Assembly: GCA_964016885.1 (NCBI GenBank)
Contig: OZ024741.1
Span: 332,258,001-332,322,000, forward strand
DNA: 64,000 nt
Direction: 5' to 3'
DNA from: Eledone cirrhosa
Lineage: Eukaryota
In this document: positions 40,509 through 54,999 of the stretch, in pieces
Layout: every line of letters starts with the position of its first letter
How positions within the stretch are numbered: position 1 is the first letter of the stretch
Made by a program: the position numbers and the translations under genes
Notes under the pieces: model-generated
Database searches by the model: none
Told to the model about the DNA's origin: nothing
What the model saw: the letters and a program-made list of their open reading frames with translations, nothing else

Positions 40509-41977
40509 CCCAGCTATGTACCCAATTCTCTGAGTTATGTACCACATTCTCCCAGTTATGTGCCCCATTCTCCCAGTTATGTGCCTCATTCTCCTAGTTA
40601 TGTGCCTCATTCTCCCAGTTATGTACCACATTCTCCCAGTTATGTGCCCCATTCTCCCAGTTATGTGCCTCATTCTCCTAGTTATGTGCCTCATTCTCCC
40701 AGTTATGTGCCTCATTCTCCCAGTTATGTGCCCCATTCTCCCAGTTATGTGCCTCATTCTCCCAGTTATGTGCCCCATTCTCCCAGTTATGTGTCTCATT
40801 CTCCTAGTTATGTGCCTCATTCTCCCAGTTATGTGTCTCATTCTCCCAGTTATGTGCCCCATTCTCCTAGTTATGTGCCTCATTCTCCCAGTTATGTGCC
40901 TTATTCTCCCAGTTATGTGCCCCATTCTCCCAGTTATGTGTCTCATTCTCCCAGTTATGTGCCTCATTCTTCCAGTTATGTGCCTCATTCTCCCAGTTAT
41001 GTGCCCCGTTCTCCCAGTTATGTGTCTCATTCTCCCAGTTATGTGCCCCATTCTCCCAGTTATGTGTCTCATTCTCCCAGTTATGTGCCTCATTCTCCCA
41101 GTTATGTGCCTCATTCTCCCAGTTATGTGCCCCATTCTCCTAGTTATGTGCTTCATTCTCCCAATTATGTGCCTCATTCTCCCAGTTATGTGCCCCATTC
41201 TCCCAGTTATGTGCCCCATTCTCCCAGTTATGTGTCTCATTCTCCCAGTTATGTGCCCCATTCTCCCAGTTATGTGCCTCATTCTCCCAGTTATGTGCCC
41301 ATTCTCCCAGTTATGTGCCCCATTCTCCCAGTTATGTGCCTCATTCTCCCAGTTATGTGCTCCATTCTCCCAGTTATGTGCCCCATTCTCCCAGTTATGT
41401 GCCCCATTCTCCCAGTTATGTGCCCCATTCTCCCAGTTATGTGCCCCATTCTCCCAGTTATGTGCCTCATTCTCCCAGTTATGTGCCCCATTCTCCCAGT
41501 TATGTGCCTCATTCTCCCAGTTATATGCCTCATTCTCCCAGTTATGTGCCTCATTCTTCCAGTTATGTGCCCCATTCTCCCAGTTATGTGCCTCATTCTC
41601 CCAGTTATGTGCCTCATTCTCCCAGTTATGTGCCTCATTCTCCCAGTTATGTGCCTCATTCTCCCAGTTATGTGTCTCATTCTCCCTGTTATGTGCCTCA
41701 TTCTCCCTGTTATGTGCCTCATTCTCCCAGTTATGTGCCCCATTCTCCCAGTTATGTGCCCCATTCTCCCAGTTATGTGCCCCATTCTCCCAGTTATGTG
41801 CCTCATTCTCCCAGTCATGTGTCCCATTCTCCCATTTATGTGCCTCATTCTCCCAATTATGTGCCCCATTCTCCCAGTTATGTGCCTCATTCTCCCAGTT
41901 ATGTGCCTCATTCTCCCAGTTATGTGCCCTATTCTCCCAGTTATGTGCCTCATTCTCCCAGTTATGTGCCCCATTCT
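40509..41977. repeat. 21-bp minisatellite, ~70 units (tatgtgccYcattctcccagt)
   Basis: Direct reading; 1-nt deletion near 41298-41300. Confidence 0.95.
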
Positions 41978-42624
41978 TTCATATAAAATAATTTCAACTT
42001 AGAATTTGGTAAGCTGAAGAATCTAGTTTTTGGCATTTCTTGCTCTGATTACATTCAGAAAATTACTAAAAATTATTAAAAGACCCAAGAACCCTCCTAT
42101 GAGTGAGGCAGGTAATGATTATGGTGGTTATGATGATGATGATGGTGACGATAAAATTGGTTATAATGATGATGATGATGAGGATTACAATAAAAATGTT
42201 GATGGTTGTGATGATGACAATGATGAGAATGATAATAATGGTATTAATGATGACAATGATGATGATGATGGTGAGGTTGACGATGATGGTGAGGGTAGTG
42301 TTGGTGGTGATGGGGGAATTAGTCTCTTTACTATCATCTCTTAGGCTAAAAGCTCAGATTTACAGGAAATAATAAGGTGTATGCATATGTGTGTTTCTGT
42401 TTGTGAATATATGTGTGTGTGCATGTCTATTTATGTACATATCTGAGTATGTGTGTTTTTGTGTGCTATGTATGAGTATATGTGTTCCTGTCTGTTTATG
42501 TACATGTGTGTGTATATACACACAGGTGTATGTGTGTGCATGTATGTGTTCATGTCTGTTTACATACCTGTGAGTGTGTGTGTGATTGCTATTCCTTTTC
42601 TTAAGAGTGTTATCACTGTAATAA

Positions 42625-42836
42625 GGGTTTTTGATTTAGGCACAAGGCCAACAATTTTGGGGGGAGGGGAAAGTTAATTAAATCGACCCCAGTGTGTTAC
42701 TGGTGCTTTATTTTATCAACCCGATAAGGATGAAAGCAAAGCTAACTTCAGCAGGATTTGAATGCAGAGCGTAAAGGGCCGTAACTCTATGCTTCAAAGC
42801 ATGTTGTCTGGCACTTAACCGATACTGCCAATCCAT
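42625..42836 (-). mobile_element. Meta-like tRNA SINE
   Basis: Same family as 16574-16798. Confidence 0.8.
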
Positions 42837-43006
42837 AAAGAAATGTAGTTATGACCAGGATTTCTAACCAGTGTTCAGCTAGCCAAAAGATTACGACCAC
42901 TAACAGGTGGGGGTAGGGGTGTCAACATAACCATTCACAGGTGGGAGTAGGGGTCTCAACATAACCACTCTCAGGTGGGAGTAGGGGTCTCAACATAACC
43001 ACTCTC

Positions 43007-45560
43007 GGTAATACCATTAATATTGGTAGACCAGTGTTAATGATAGTAATACCATTAATATTGGTAGACCAGTGTTGTCAATAATGACAGTAATACCATT
43101 AATATTAGTGGACCAGTGTTGTCAATGACAGTAATACCATTAATATTGGTAGACCAGTGTTGTCAATAACAGTAATACCATTAATATTGGTAGACCAGTG
43201 TTGTCAATAATGACAGTAATACCATAATATTGGTAGACCAGTGTTGTCAATGACAGTAATACCATTAATATTGGTAGACCAGTGTTGTCAATGACAGTAA
43301 TACCATTAATATTGGTAGACCAGTGTTGTCAATGACAGTAATACCATTAATATTGGTAGACCAGTGTTGTCAATGACAGTAATACCATTAATATTGGTAG
43401 ACCAGTGTTGTCAATAATGACAGTAATACCATTAATATTGGTAGACCAGTGTTGTCAATGACAGTAATACCATTAATATTGGTAGACCAGTGTTGTCAAT
43501 GACAGTAATACCATTAATATTGGTAGACCAGTGTTGTCAATAACAGTAATACCATTAATATTGGTGGACTAGTGTTGTCAATGACAGTAATACCATTAAT
43601 ATTGGTGGACCAGTGTTGGAAATAATGACAGTAATACCATTAATATTGGTGGACTAGTGTTGCAATAATGACAGTAATACCATTAATATTGGTAGACCAG
43701 TGTTGTCAATGACAGTAGTACCATTAATATTAGTGGACCAGTGTTGTCAATGACAGTCATACCATTAATATTGGTAGACCAGTGTTGTCAATGACAGTAA
43801 TACCATTAATATTGGTGGACTAGTGTTGGCAATAATGACAGTAATACCATTAATATTAGTGGACCAGTGTTGTCAATGACAGTAATACCATTAATATTGG
43901 TGGACTAGTGTTGTCAATAACAGTAATACCATTAATATTGGTGGACTAGTGTTGTCAATAATGACAGTAATACCATTAATATTAGTGGACCAGTGTTAAT
44001 GACAGTAATACCATTAATATTGGTGGACTAGTGTTGTCAATAATGACAGTAATACCATTAATATTAGTGGACCAGTGTTAATGACAGTAATACCATTAAT
44101 ATTGGTGGACCAGTGTTGTCAATGACAGTAATACCATTAATATTGGTAGACCAGTGTTGTCAATGACAGTAATACCATTAGTATTGGTGGACCAGTGTTG
44201 TCAATGACAGTAATACCATTAATATTGGTAGACCAGTGTTGGCAATAATGACAGTAATACCATTAATATTAGTGGACCAGTGTTAATGACAGTAATACCA
44301 TTAATATTGGTGGACCAGTGTTGTCAATGACAGTAATACCATTAATATTGGTAGACCAGTGTTGGCAATAATGACAGTAATACCATTAATATTAGTGGAC
44401 CAGTGTTAATGACAGTAATACCATTAATATTGGTGGACCAGTGTTGTCAATGACAGTAATACCATTAATATTAGTAGACCAGTGTTGTCAATGACAGTAA
44501 TACCATTAATATTGGTGGACTAGTGTTGTCAATGACAGTAATACCATTAATATTGGTAGACCAGTGTTGTCAATAATGACAGTAATACCATTAATATTAG
44601 TGGACCAGTGTTGTCAATGACAGTAATACCATTAATATTGGTGGACTAGTGTTGTCAATAATGACAGTAATACTATTAATATTGGTAGACCAGTGTTGTC
44701 AATAATGACAGTAATACCATTAATATTGGTGGACTAGTGTTGTCAATAATGACAGTAATACCATTAATATTGGTGGACTAGTGTTGTCAATAATGACTAA
44801 TACCATTAATATTGGTGGACCAGTGTTGTCAATAATGACAGTAACACCATTAATATTGGTAGACCAGTGTTGTCAATAATGACAGTAATACCATTAATAT
44901 TGGTGGACTAGTGTTGGCAATAATGACAGTAATACCATTAATATTGGTAGACCAGTGTTGTCAATAATGACAGTAATACCATTAATATTGGTAGACCAGT
45001 GGTGTCAATAATGACAGTAATACCATTAATATTAGTGGACCAGTGTTGTCAATGACAGAAATACCATTAATATTGGTGGACTAGTGTTGGCAATAATGAC
45101 AGTAATACCATTAATATTAGTGGACCAGTGTTGTCAGTGACAATTATACCATTAATATTGGTAGACCAGTGTTGTCAATAATGACAGTAATACCATTAAT
45201 ATTGGTGGACCAGTGTTGTCAATGACAGTAATACCATTAATATTGGTGGACCAGTGTTGTCAATAATGACAGTAATACCATTAATATTGGTGGACCAGTG
45301 TTGTCAATAATGACAGTAATACCATTAATATTGCTGGACTAGTGTTGTCAATAATGACAGTAATACCATTAATATTGGTGGACCAGTGTTAATGACAGTA
45401 ATACCATTAATATTGGTGGACCAGTGTTGTCAATGACAGTAAAACCATTAATATTGGTGGACCAGTGTTAATAATGACAGTAATACCATTAATATTGGTG
45501 GACCAGGATTGTCAATAAGACAGTAATACCATTAATATTGGTGGACTAGAATTGTCAATA
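43007..45560. repeat. 41/44-bp AT-rich minisatellite, ~60 units (gacagtaataccattaatattggtRgacYagtgttgtcaat[aat])
   Basis: Head-to-tail units with no spacers. Confidence 0.95.
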
Positions 45561-46588
45561 TTGATGGTAATAATATTGCATGCATTTAATTTATTTCTGT
45601 ATTACCTATTTTTCTATGAAGAAGTGAAATCAAACTTCTCCAGGATATGAAGCACATATCCACCTAAATCACCTGCCATTCCTGAAGGTTGCTGGTTTGA
45701 ATCAACCATCTTCACAGTTTAAGAACTACAGGAGTTGGACACACTAATTAATAGTTTGAGGCTACATTCTGTCTAAAGTGCACAGGTGCATGGTTGCACT
45801 GTCACTGCATTGGTGACATGTACATTGAAGTGTTGCTGTGCAGCAGCTTTGAATGTAAAATATTTTTGCTCACAGCATCAAACCTTCTGCTCAGTGGTTA
45901 GGGAAAAAATAGAGAGCATGTTGTTTGGAGGTTTGTTGACAGGTAACATGATTATATAGAAAATAACTCCAAAAACTAAATTTGGAAAGATGCCCTTTAG
46001 CTTATAGTTCTCATGATAAAAGAAATATACAAAAACTGAGATCAACATTATGCAGTCGTTTTGAATCTCTGCAAGAACCATTGTTTGTTCACAGCTTGTT
46101 TGTGATTTCCTTTAGTTCTATTCAATCCCTTCTTTACCACATCCCTATAACTGCTTCTGCTGGGGGGGTTAAACTTAGTAAAGGATTTGATGCTTGGAGA
46201 GGAGATGTACACTGCTAAGCATTTCTAAGTTCCACTGAAATGCCATAATGGACAATACATAGTCAAATGACTAGTGTGGCATCCCAATGACTGGCTGAAC
46301 CAGTCACAGGGAGATGGGCATTGCCAAGTATTTCTGAGGTCCACTGAAATGTCATAATGGACAATACACAATCAAGTAACTAGTGTGGCACCACAATGAT
46401 TGACTGTTAGAGTTAATGCCCTTATTTTATTCCTGGCTGAGCCAGCCGTAACTCTATATGCAAATTTGGCTGATCAGCCAATGTAAATAGACTTCTAAAC
46501 TATATGCTTTAGCTTATATTATATTCCAACAGTAAGCAGTCTCGGATATCACTAGCTCACCTTCAGGACTGACGCAGTCTATATAGAC

Positions 46589-46861
46589 CAGAAGTCTCAA
46601 AGAGAGGTGGGGGGGGGGGGGCAGAGATAATATAATTGTATATTAAACTTCTAATAATACATATATATAAATATAGTGAAATTAAAAATATCTAATATTT
46701 ATTTATATATAGTATATAATATATAAATTGACCATTTTATTTATTACATATTATTTACAATTTGCATGTAAGCAGCTCTCTCTGGAAATAGGGGTAGGGG
46801 ACGCTGATGGTATTACATGTCCATGAGGAGGATGGTGGACTAAAAAGTTTGCGAACCTCTG
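46589..46861. mobile_element. hAT (Charlie-like) MITE
   Basis: 8-bp TSD atatagac at 46581-46588 and 46862-46869; imperfect TIRs cagaagtctcaaa / tttgcgaacctctg. Confidence 0.75.
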
Positions 46862-47234
46862 ATATAGACCCATTCAACCCTTACTAGCAGGGAAAGTAGA
46901 TGTTACAATAATGATGATGATGATAATTTGAGAATGTACATGATAGTTTTTTAGTGCAATTATTTCCCACAAGAGGCCATCTTGCTGAGGAAGGGGTAGC
47001 GTCACTTTTTTTCAGTGGCTGGAGATAGGCTTTGAACTCAGAATACATAGAGCCAGAAAAGTTGGCACAAGTATTAGAGAGCTTGTCATCGCTTAACATG
47101 GTTGAGTACCTTCAGTACCCTATAGTGTCTCTCTTTAATTGTGTGTATGTCTGTTAGAGATGCTAGTTTGTGTGTGTGAGAGGTATTTTAGTTTGTGTAT
47201 GTGACCATGTAAATATATGGCAACAGCAGCAAAG

Positions 47235-49978
47235 CGGCAGCAGCAATAACTAATATAACAACAACAGCAGCAGCAGCAATAACTAATATAACAACAACAG
47301 CAGCAGCAATAACTAATATAACAACAACAGCAGCAGCAATAACTAATATAACAACAACAGCAGCAGCAATAACTAATATAACAACAACAGCAGCAGCAGC
47401 AATAACTAATATAACAACAACAGCAGCAGCAGCAATAACTAATATAACGGCAACAGCAGCAGCAATAACTAATATAACAACAACAGCAGCAGCAATAACT
47501 AATATAACAACAACAGCAGCAGCAATAACTAATATAACAACAACAGCAGCAGCAGCAGCAGCAATAACTAATATAACAACAGCAGCAGCAATAACTAATA
47601 TAACAACAGCAGCAGCAATAACTAATATAACAACAGCAGCAGCAATAACTAATATAACAACAGCAGCAACAGCAGCAATAACTAATATAACAACAGCAGC
47701 AGCAGCAGCAATAACTAATATAACAACAGCAGCAGCAGCAGCAATAACTAATATAACAACAGCAGCAGCAGCAGCAATAACTAATATAACAACAGCAGCA
47801 GCAGCAATAACTAATATAACAACAACAGCAGCAGCAGCAGCAATAACTAATATAACAGCAGCAGCAGCAATAAATAATATAACAACAGCAGCAGCAGCAA
47901 ATAACTAATATAACAACAATAGCAGCAGCAATAACTAATATAACAACAGCAGCAGCAATAACTAATATAACAACAACAGCAGCAGCAATAACTAATATAA
48001 CAACAACACAGCAGCAATAACTAATATAACAACAACAGCAGCAGCAATAACTAATATAACAACAACAGCAACAGCAGCAATAACTAATATAACAACAGCA
48101 GCAGCAGCAATAACTAATATAACAACAACAGCAGCAGCAATAACTAATATAACAACAACAGCAGCAGCAGCAATAACTAATATAACAACAACACAGCAGC
48201 AATAACTAATATAACAACAACAGCAGCAGCAATAACTAATATAACAACAGCAGCAGCAGCAATAAATAATATAACAACAGCAGCAGCAGCAATAAATAAT
48301 ATAACAGCAGCAGCAGCAATAACTAATATAACAACAACAGCAGCAGCAATAACTAATATAACAACAACAGCAGCAGCAGCAATAACTAATATAACAACAG
48401 CAGCAGCAGCAATAAATAATATAACAACAGCAGCAGCAGCAATAACTAATATAACAACAGCAGCAGCAGCAGCAGCAATAACTAATATAACAACAGCAGC
48501 AGCAATAACTAATATAACTACAACAGCAACAGCAGCAATAACTAATATAACAACAGCAGCAGCAGCAATAACTAATATAACAACAACAGCAGCAGCAATA
48601 ACTAATATAACAACAACAGCAGCAGCAGCAATAACTAATATAACAACAACACAGCAGCAATAAATAATATAACAACAGCAGCAGCAGCAATAAATAATAT
48701 AACAACAGCAGCAGCAGCAATAACTAATATAACAACAATAGCAGCAGCAATAACTAATATAACAACAGCAGCAGCAATAACTAATATAACAACAACAGCA
48801 GCAGCAATAACTAATATAACAACAACACAGCAGCAATAACTAATATAACAACATCAGCAGCAGCAATAACTAATATAACAACAACAGCAACAGCAGCAAT
48901 AACTAATATAACAACAGCAGCAGCAGCAATAACTAATATAACAACAACAGCAGCAGCAATAACTAATATAACAACAACAGCAGCAGCAGCAATAACTAAT
49001 ATAACAACAACACACCAGCAATAACTAATATAACAACAACAGCAGCAGCAATAACTAATATAACAACAGCAGCAGCAGCAATAAATAAAATAACAACAGC
49101 AGCAGCAGCAATAAATAATATAACAACAGCAGCAGCAGCAATAACTAATATAACAACAGCAGCAGCAGCAGCAATAACTAATATAACAACAACAGCAGCA
49201 GCAATAACTAATATAACAACAACAACAGCAGCAGCAATAACTAATATAACAACAGCAGCAGCAGCAGCAATAAATAATATAACAACAGCAGCAGCAGCAA
49301 TAAATAATATAACAACAGCAGCAGCAGCAATAAATAATATAACAACAGCAGCAGCAGCAATAACTAATATAACAACAGCAGCAGCAGCAATAACTAATAT
49401 AACAACAGCAGCAGCAGCAATAAATAATATAACAACAGCAGCAGCAGCAATAAATAATATAACAGCAGCAGCAGCAATAACTAATATAACAGCAGCAGCA
49501 GCAATAACTAATATAACAACAACAGCAGCAGCAATAACTAATATACAACAGCAGCAGCAATAACTAATATAACAGCAGCAGCAGCAGCAATAACTAATAT
49601 AACAACAGCAGCAGCAGCAATAACTAATATAACAACAGCAGCAGCAGCAATAACTAATATTACAGCAGCAGCAATAACTAATATAACAACAACAGCAGCA
49701 ATAACTAATATAACAACAACAACAGCAGCAATAACTAATATAACAACAACAACAGCAGCAATAACTAATATAACAACAACAACAGCAGCAATAACTAATA
49801 TAACAACAACAGCAGCAGCAATAACTAATATAACAACAACAGCAGAAGCAATAACTAATATAACAACAACAGCAGCAGCAATAACTAATATAACAACAAC
49901 AGCAATAACTAATATAACAACAGCAGCAGCAGCAATAACTAATATAACAACAGCAGCAGCAGCAGCAATAACTAATAT

Positions 49979-50009
<31 letters not shown>

Positions 50010-51735
50010 ATAACTAATATAATAGCAGCAACAGCAGCAGCAATAACTAATATAATAACAGCAGCAATAACTAATATAATAACAGCAGCAGCAGCAATAA
50101 CTAATATAACAGCAGCAGCAGCAATAACTAATATAACAGCAGCAGCAGCAGCAGCAATAACTAATATAACCACAGCAGCAATAACTAATATAACAACAAC
50201 AGCAATAACTAATATAACAACAGCAGCAGCAGCAATAACTAATATAACAACAACAGCAGCAGCAGCAATAACTAATATAACAGCAGCAGCAGCAATAACT
50301 AATATAACAACAACAGCAGCAACAGCAATAACTAATATAACAACAACAGCAGCAGCAATAACTAATATAACAACAACAGCAGCAGCAATAACTAATATAA
50401 CAACAACAGCAGCAACAGCAATAACTAATATAACAACAACAGCAGCAGCAATAACTAATATAACAACAGCAGCAGCAGCAATAACTAATATAACAACAAC
50501 AGCAGCAGCAGCAATAACTAATATAACAACAACAGCAGCAGCAGCAATAACTAATATAACAACAGCAGCAGCAGCAATAACTAATATAACAACAGCAGCA
50601 GCAGCAATAACTAATATAACAGCAGCAGCAGCAATAACTAATATAACAACAGCAGCAGCAGCAATAACTAATATAACAGCAGCAGCAGCAATAACTAATA
50701 TAACAACAGCAGCAGCAGCAATAACTAATATAACAACAACAGCAGCAGCAGCAATAACTAATATAACAACAGCAGCAGCAGCAATAACTAATATAACAGC
50801 AGCAGCAGCAACTAATATAACAACAACAGCAGCAGCAGCAATAACTAATATAACAACAGCAGCAGCAGCAGCAATAACTAATATAACAACAGCAGCAGCA
50901 GCAGCAATAACTAATATAACAACAACAGCAGCAACAGCAATAACTAATATAACAACAACAGCAGCAATAGCAATAACTAATATAACAACAACAGCAGCAA
51001 CAGCAATAACTAATATAACAACAACAACAGCAACAGCAATAACTAATATAACAACAACAACAGCAGCAGCAATAACTAATATAACAACAACAGCAGCAAC
51101 AGCAATAACTAATATAACAACAACAGCAGCAGCAATAACTAATATAACAACAACAGCAGCAGCAATAACTAATATAACAACAACAGCAGCAACAGCAATA
51201 ACTAATATAACAACAACAGCAGCAGCAATAACTAATATAACAACAGCAGCAGCAGCAATAACTAATATAACAACAACAGCAGCAGCAGCAATAACTAATA
51301 TAACAACAACAGCAGCAGCAATAACTAATATAACAACAACAGCAGCAGCAGCAATAACTAATATAACAACAGCAGCAGCAGCAATAACTAATATAACAGC
51401 AGCAGCAGCAATAACTAATATAACAGCAGCAGCAGCAATAACTAATATAACAGCAGCAGCAGCAATAACTAATATAACAACAGCAGCAGCAGCAATAACT
51501 AATATAACAGCAGCAGCAGCAATAACTAATATAACAACAGCAGCAGCAGCAATAACTAATATAACAACAACAGCAGCAGCAGCAGCAATAACTAATATAA
51601 CAACAGCAGCAGCAGCAATAACTAATATAACAACAGCAGCAATAACTAATATAACAACAGCAGCAATAACTAATATAATAACAGCAGCTATAACAATTAC
51701 AGCAACACTAATAACCACAGCAATAGCAATAACAA
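47235..51735. repeat. 4.5-kb compound array: ATAACTAATATA anchor plus variable (ACA)n(GCA)n
   Basis: Direct reading; units ~24-42 bp, typically 30 bp. Confidence 0.95.
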
Positions 51736-51738
51736 AAA

Positions 51739-51920
51739 TAATTGTTTCTATTTTAGGCACAAGGCCAGCAATTATTTTAGTGCATTACTGGTACTTTATT
51801 TTATCGACCCCGTAAGGATGAAAGGCAAAGTAAACCTCGGCGGGATTTGAACTCAGCATGGCAAGGGCTGTAACTCTATGCTGCAAAGCATGGCGTCCGA
51901 CCCTCTACCGATACTGCCAA
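51739..51920 (-). mobile_element. Meta-like tRNA SINE
   Basis: Same family as 5177-5367. Confidence 0.85.
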
Positions 51921-52111
51921 CAAAAATAATAATAACAAATATAACAACCACGACAGCAGCAGCAATAACAACAACAATAATAAGTGATGACAATAGTAAC
52001 AGCAACGACAACAGTAATAACAACAACAGCTGATGGTTTAATCATGCTATTTGCTGTTGCAGCCAGACTAAATTTCCTCCGGCCATTAATTAGGGCTTCT
52101 AATGACCACTG

Positions 52112-52161
<50 letters not shown>

Positions 52162-52458
52162 TTACTACTACTACTACTACTACTGTTGCTACTGCTGCTT
52201 CTACTACTGCCACCATCACCACTACTACTACTAACACACCATCACCACCACCACCACCACTACTACTACTACTACTACCACCACTACCGTTTTACATTCT
52301 TTCTATATACTAACATGGGTTGAAAGGTTTGTCATGTTCTGAGACTAGACAAGACCAGTCAGATGTATTGCTCATGTTTCATTTCAGCATGTTTCTACAA
52401 CTGGATGTCGTTCCTACAGTGTGTAAATGGTGAATATTATTGTGGCCCCAGCACTATG

Positions 52459-52578
52459 GTCTGAGTTCAAATCCCGCCGAGGTTAACTTTGCCTTTCATC
52501 CTTACGGGGTCGATAAAATAAAGTACCAGTAATACACTGGATTAATTGCTGGCTTTGTGCCTAAAGTAGAAACAATTA
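52459..52578 (+). mobile_element. 5'-truncated Meta-like SINE inside a degenerate ~45-bp-unit element
   Basis: ctgagttcaaatcccgccgagg..gtagaaacaatt. Confidence 0.8.
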
Positions 52579-53692
52579 TTTTGGCACCAGCACTGTTGAC
52601 TGCGTGTATTTTATTGTGGCATCTGCACTACCACTTTACAGAGTGTATTGGGTGTATTTTATTGTGGCACCAGCACTGCCACTTTACAGTGTTGACTGGG
52701 TGTGTTTTATTGTGGAACCAGCACTATTACTTTACGGTGTGTATTGGGTGTATATTTTACCCTGGCATCAGCACTATCACTTTACTGCATGCAGTGGGTG
52801 CTTTTTATCGTGGTACTAGAACTACCACTGTACAGAGTGTACTGAGTGTATTTTGTTGTGGCACCAGCACTATATAAACAGTGGTTTCTAAATAGAAATA
52901 TGTTTCCATAAAGTATTTCATGAAGCCATTCTGTTCTTGATCTTACAAAAGTAATGTTATGGGTTCAATTTCTACGTTGTGTTCAGAAGGAAAATTATTT
53001 CATGTTGTTTCAGTCAACTTAACTGAAAATGAGTAGCAGCAGCAGCAGCTGTGATGAGGGGGGGGGGGGTATCCCTGTGATATAACTGGGATATGCTCCA
53101 GCCTGATGAGCCTGATGAGGCTTGGGACAGATTTTAAATTAGAAAGATTTTGTTTTAATCTGGTGATGTGAAAATCAATCATTTGCTAAGCGAGTGAGTT
53201 GGGACTTATCACATCAGACCAAGGAAACAATGTTTCCATTAGTCTTTCTATTACTGATAGTATTTATTGGTCACAACACCTATCAGAAGGAGCAACATGA
53301 AATAAAGTGTCTTGCTCAAGGATATAATGTATTGCCTGGAATTGAACTTGCAACTTCATGATTGTGAATCCAATTCTCTAACCACTAATCCTAGTGCCTT
53401 CACTGGTGATAACGCAACACAAAGGCACAGAGCTCATTACAGAGAGGAGCCTTATTGCATATCTTCATGTCTAATGCAAGCTCCTCAGTTAGTTATCAGT
53501 CAACCATAATATGCCATGTGTGTTTGTATATTTATTTACAAGAATGATTTACATGTGCAGTTGATCTCTGTTTATATTATTTTAAATATAATTTTCTGCA
53601 GTAAGTTTACATTTTGTGTCAAACATTATATGCACTGACATGGTCAGGACCAGATTTAGACATAGTTACATATAAGCACTTATTATTTACAT

Positions 53693-53832
53693 AGATTGGC
53701 AGTATCGGTAGAGGGTCGGACGCCATGCTTTGACGCATAGTTACGTCCCTTGCCATTCTGAGTTCAAATCCCGCCGAGCTTAACTTTGCCCTTCATCCTT
53801 ACGGGGTCGATAAAATAAAGTACCAGTAATGT
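53693..53832 (+). mobile_element. Meta-like tRNA SINE
   Basis: Head and Meta-like domain intact; 3' part shortened. Confidence 0.85.
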
Positions 53833-54999
53833 ACAATTATTTCCATATAGGGACATTCAATAATAACTTTGCATTTGTTCTATGTATATCTACATTCAGA
53901 TTTATGTATTTGACAGTCTTGCTTGATTATTTACATATATTAACAGACTGTTAATTTATTGGTACACTAATTCCCCGGTTTGTGTAATTATTCATATATC
54001 CAGTAATCCTGGTATATATATATGACATACCAACACTGGACTCCAAAAGTTAAATATGTTCAACACTATTGATGTCATCATTGTTGATAACATGGGTACA
54101 CTAATACAAACAGTAATTTCTGAAAACAAATATTTCTTTGCATAAATCCTTTCAGTTATTGACTCAAGTCTCACACTGATAACGTAACACAAAGGCACAG
54201 AGTCCACTAGAGTAAAGGAGCATTCATGCATATCTCCAGCAATGCTCATGAAAGCTCCTTAGTTAGTTAGCTATAGTAAATATCAATCAATACATAACAC
54301 TGATCACTTCTGCTCTTCTGGAGACACATACTGCTGCATTAGTTCTCATAAAACTGTGTTCATTGTCCTTAGAAACAAAGGATCCAAAGAAATCTATGAA
54401 AGGACGATCCACGACCTCCAGCTTCACTCCACATCTGCAGCATCTCAGTTGATGTGCATCACTTCACAATTAACGCTATTTAACGGTCATTACTTGTGCC
54501 CTCACTAAACGACTAAAAGCAATGTGCAGCTATTGTGTAAACCAGTCAGCCTGTGCAACTGCAGCAGCCAGTAAGCAGCACCTGCATTTCATTGTAGTGA
54601 GCAACTTAGTGGAAAATGATTTCCTTAAAGCTGGAAGCAGCAATACTCTGCATCTCTAATTACTGCAATCTTTCACATCTTCCTTTCGGAATAACACAGC
54701 AAAGAAACAGTCCTTTATTCCTCTATTCCATTATTCCATGCAAAAATGCCATTCTTTTACTCTGATTTCAGACATTGGACTACGGCCATGCTAGAGCACC
54801 ACCTTTGAGAATTTTTATGTACCAGACTAAAATAAAGACCACAGTCTTATTTTAGTCTGGTCTGACACATAGTATATCGATCTGTAGTTTATTGAATGGC
54901 TAGCTAAGTTACTTTTAGATGTACAGGGACATAACTTAACGCACCATTTACACCAATATACACAAACATAAGCATGTTGTTGTTATCGTTGTTATACCT

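Noticed and set aside
43007-45560. CRISPR-like palindromic repeats
   Set aside because: Units are contiguous with no unique spacers, no cas genes, eukaryotic context
45650-46220. Possible decayed transposase sequence
   Set aside because: No recognisable motif could be confirmed by eye
47135-51760. Poly-Cys and hydrophobic AAAVVILVI ORFs up to 740 aa
   Set aside because: Frames of a compound microsatellite; frameshifts occur freely and the start lies inside a SINE tail
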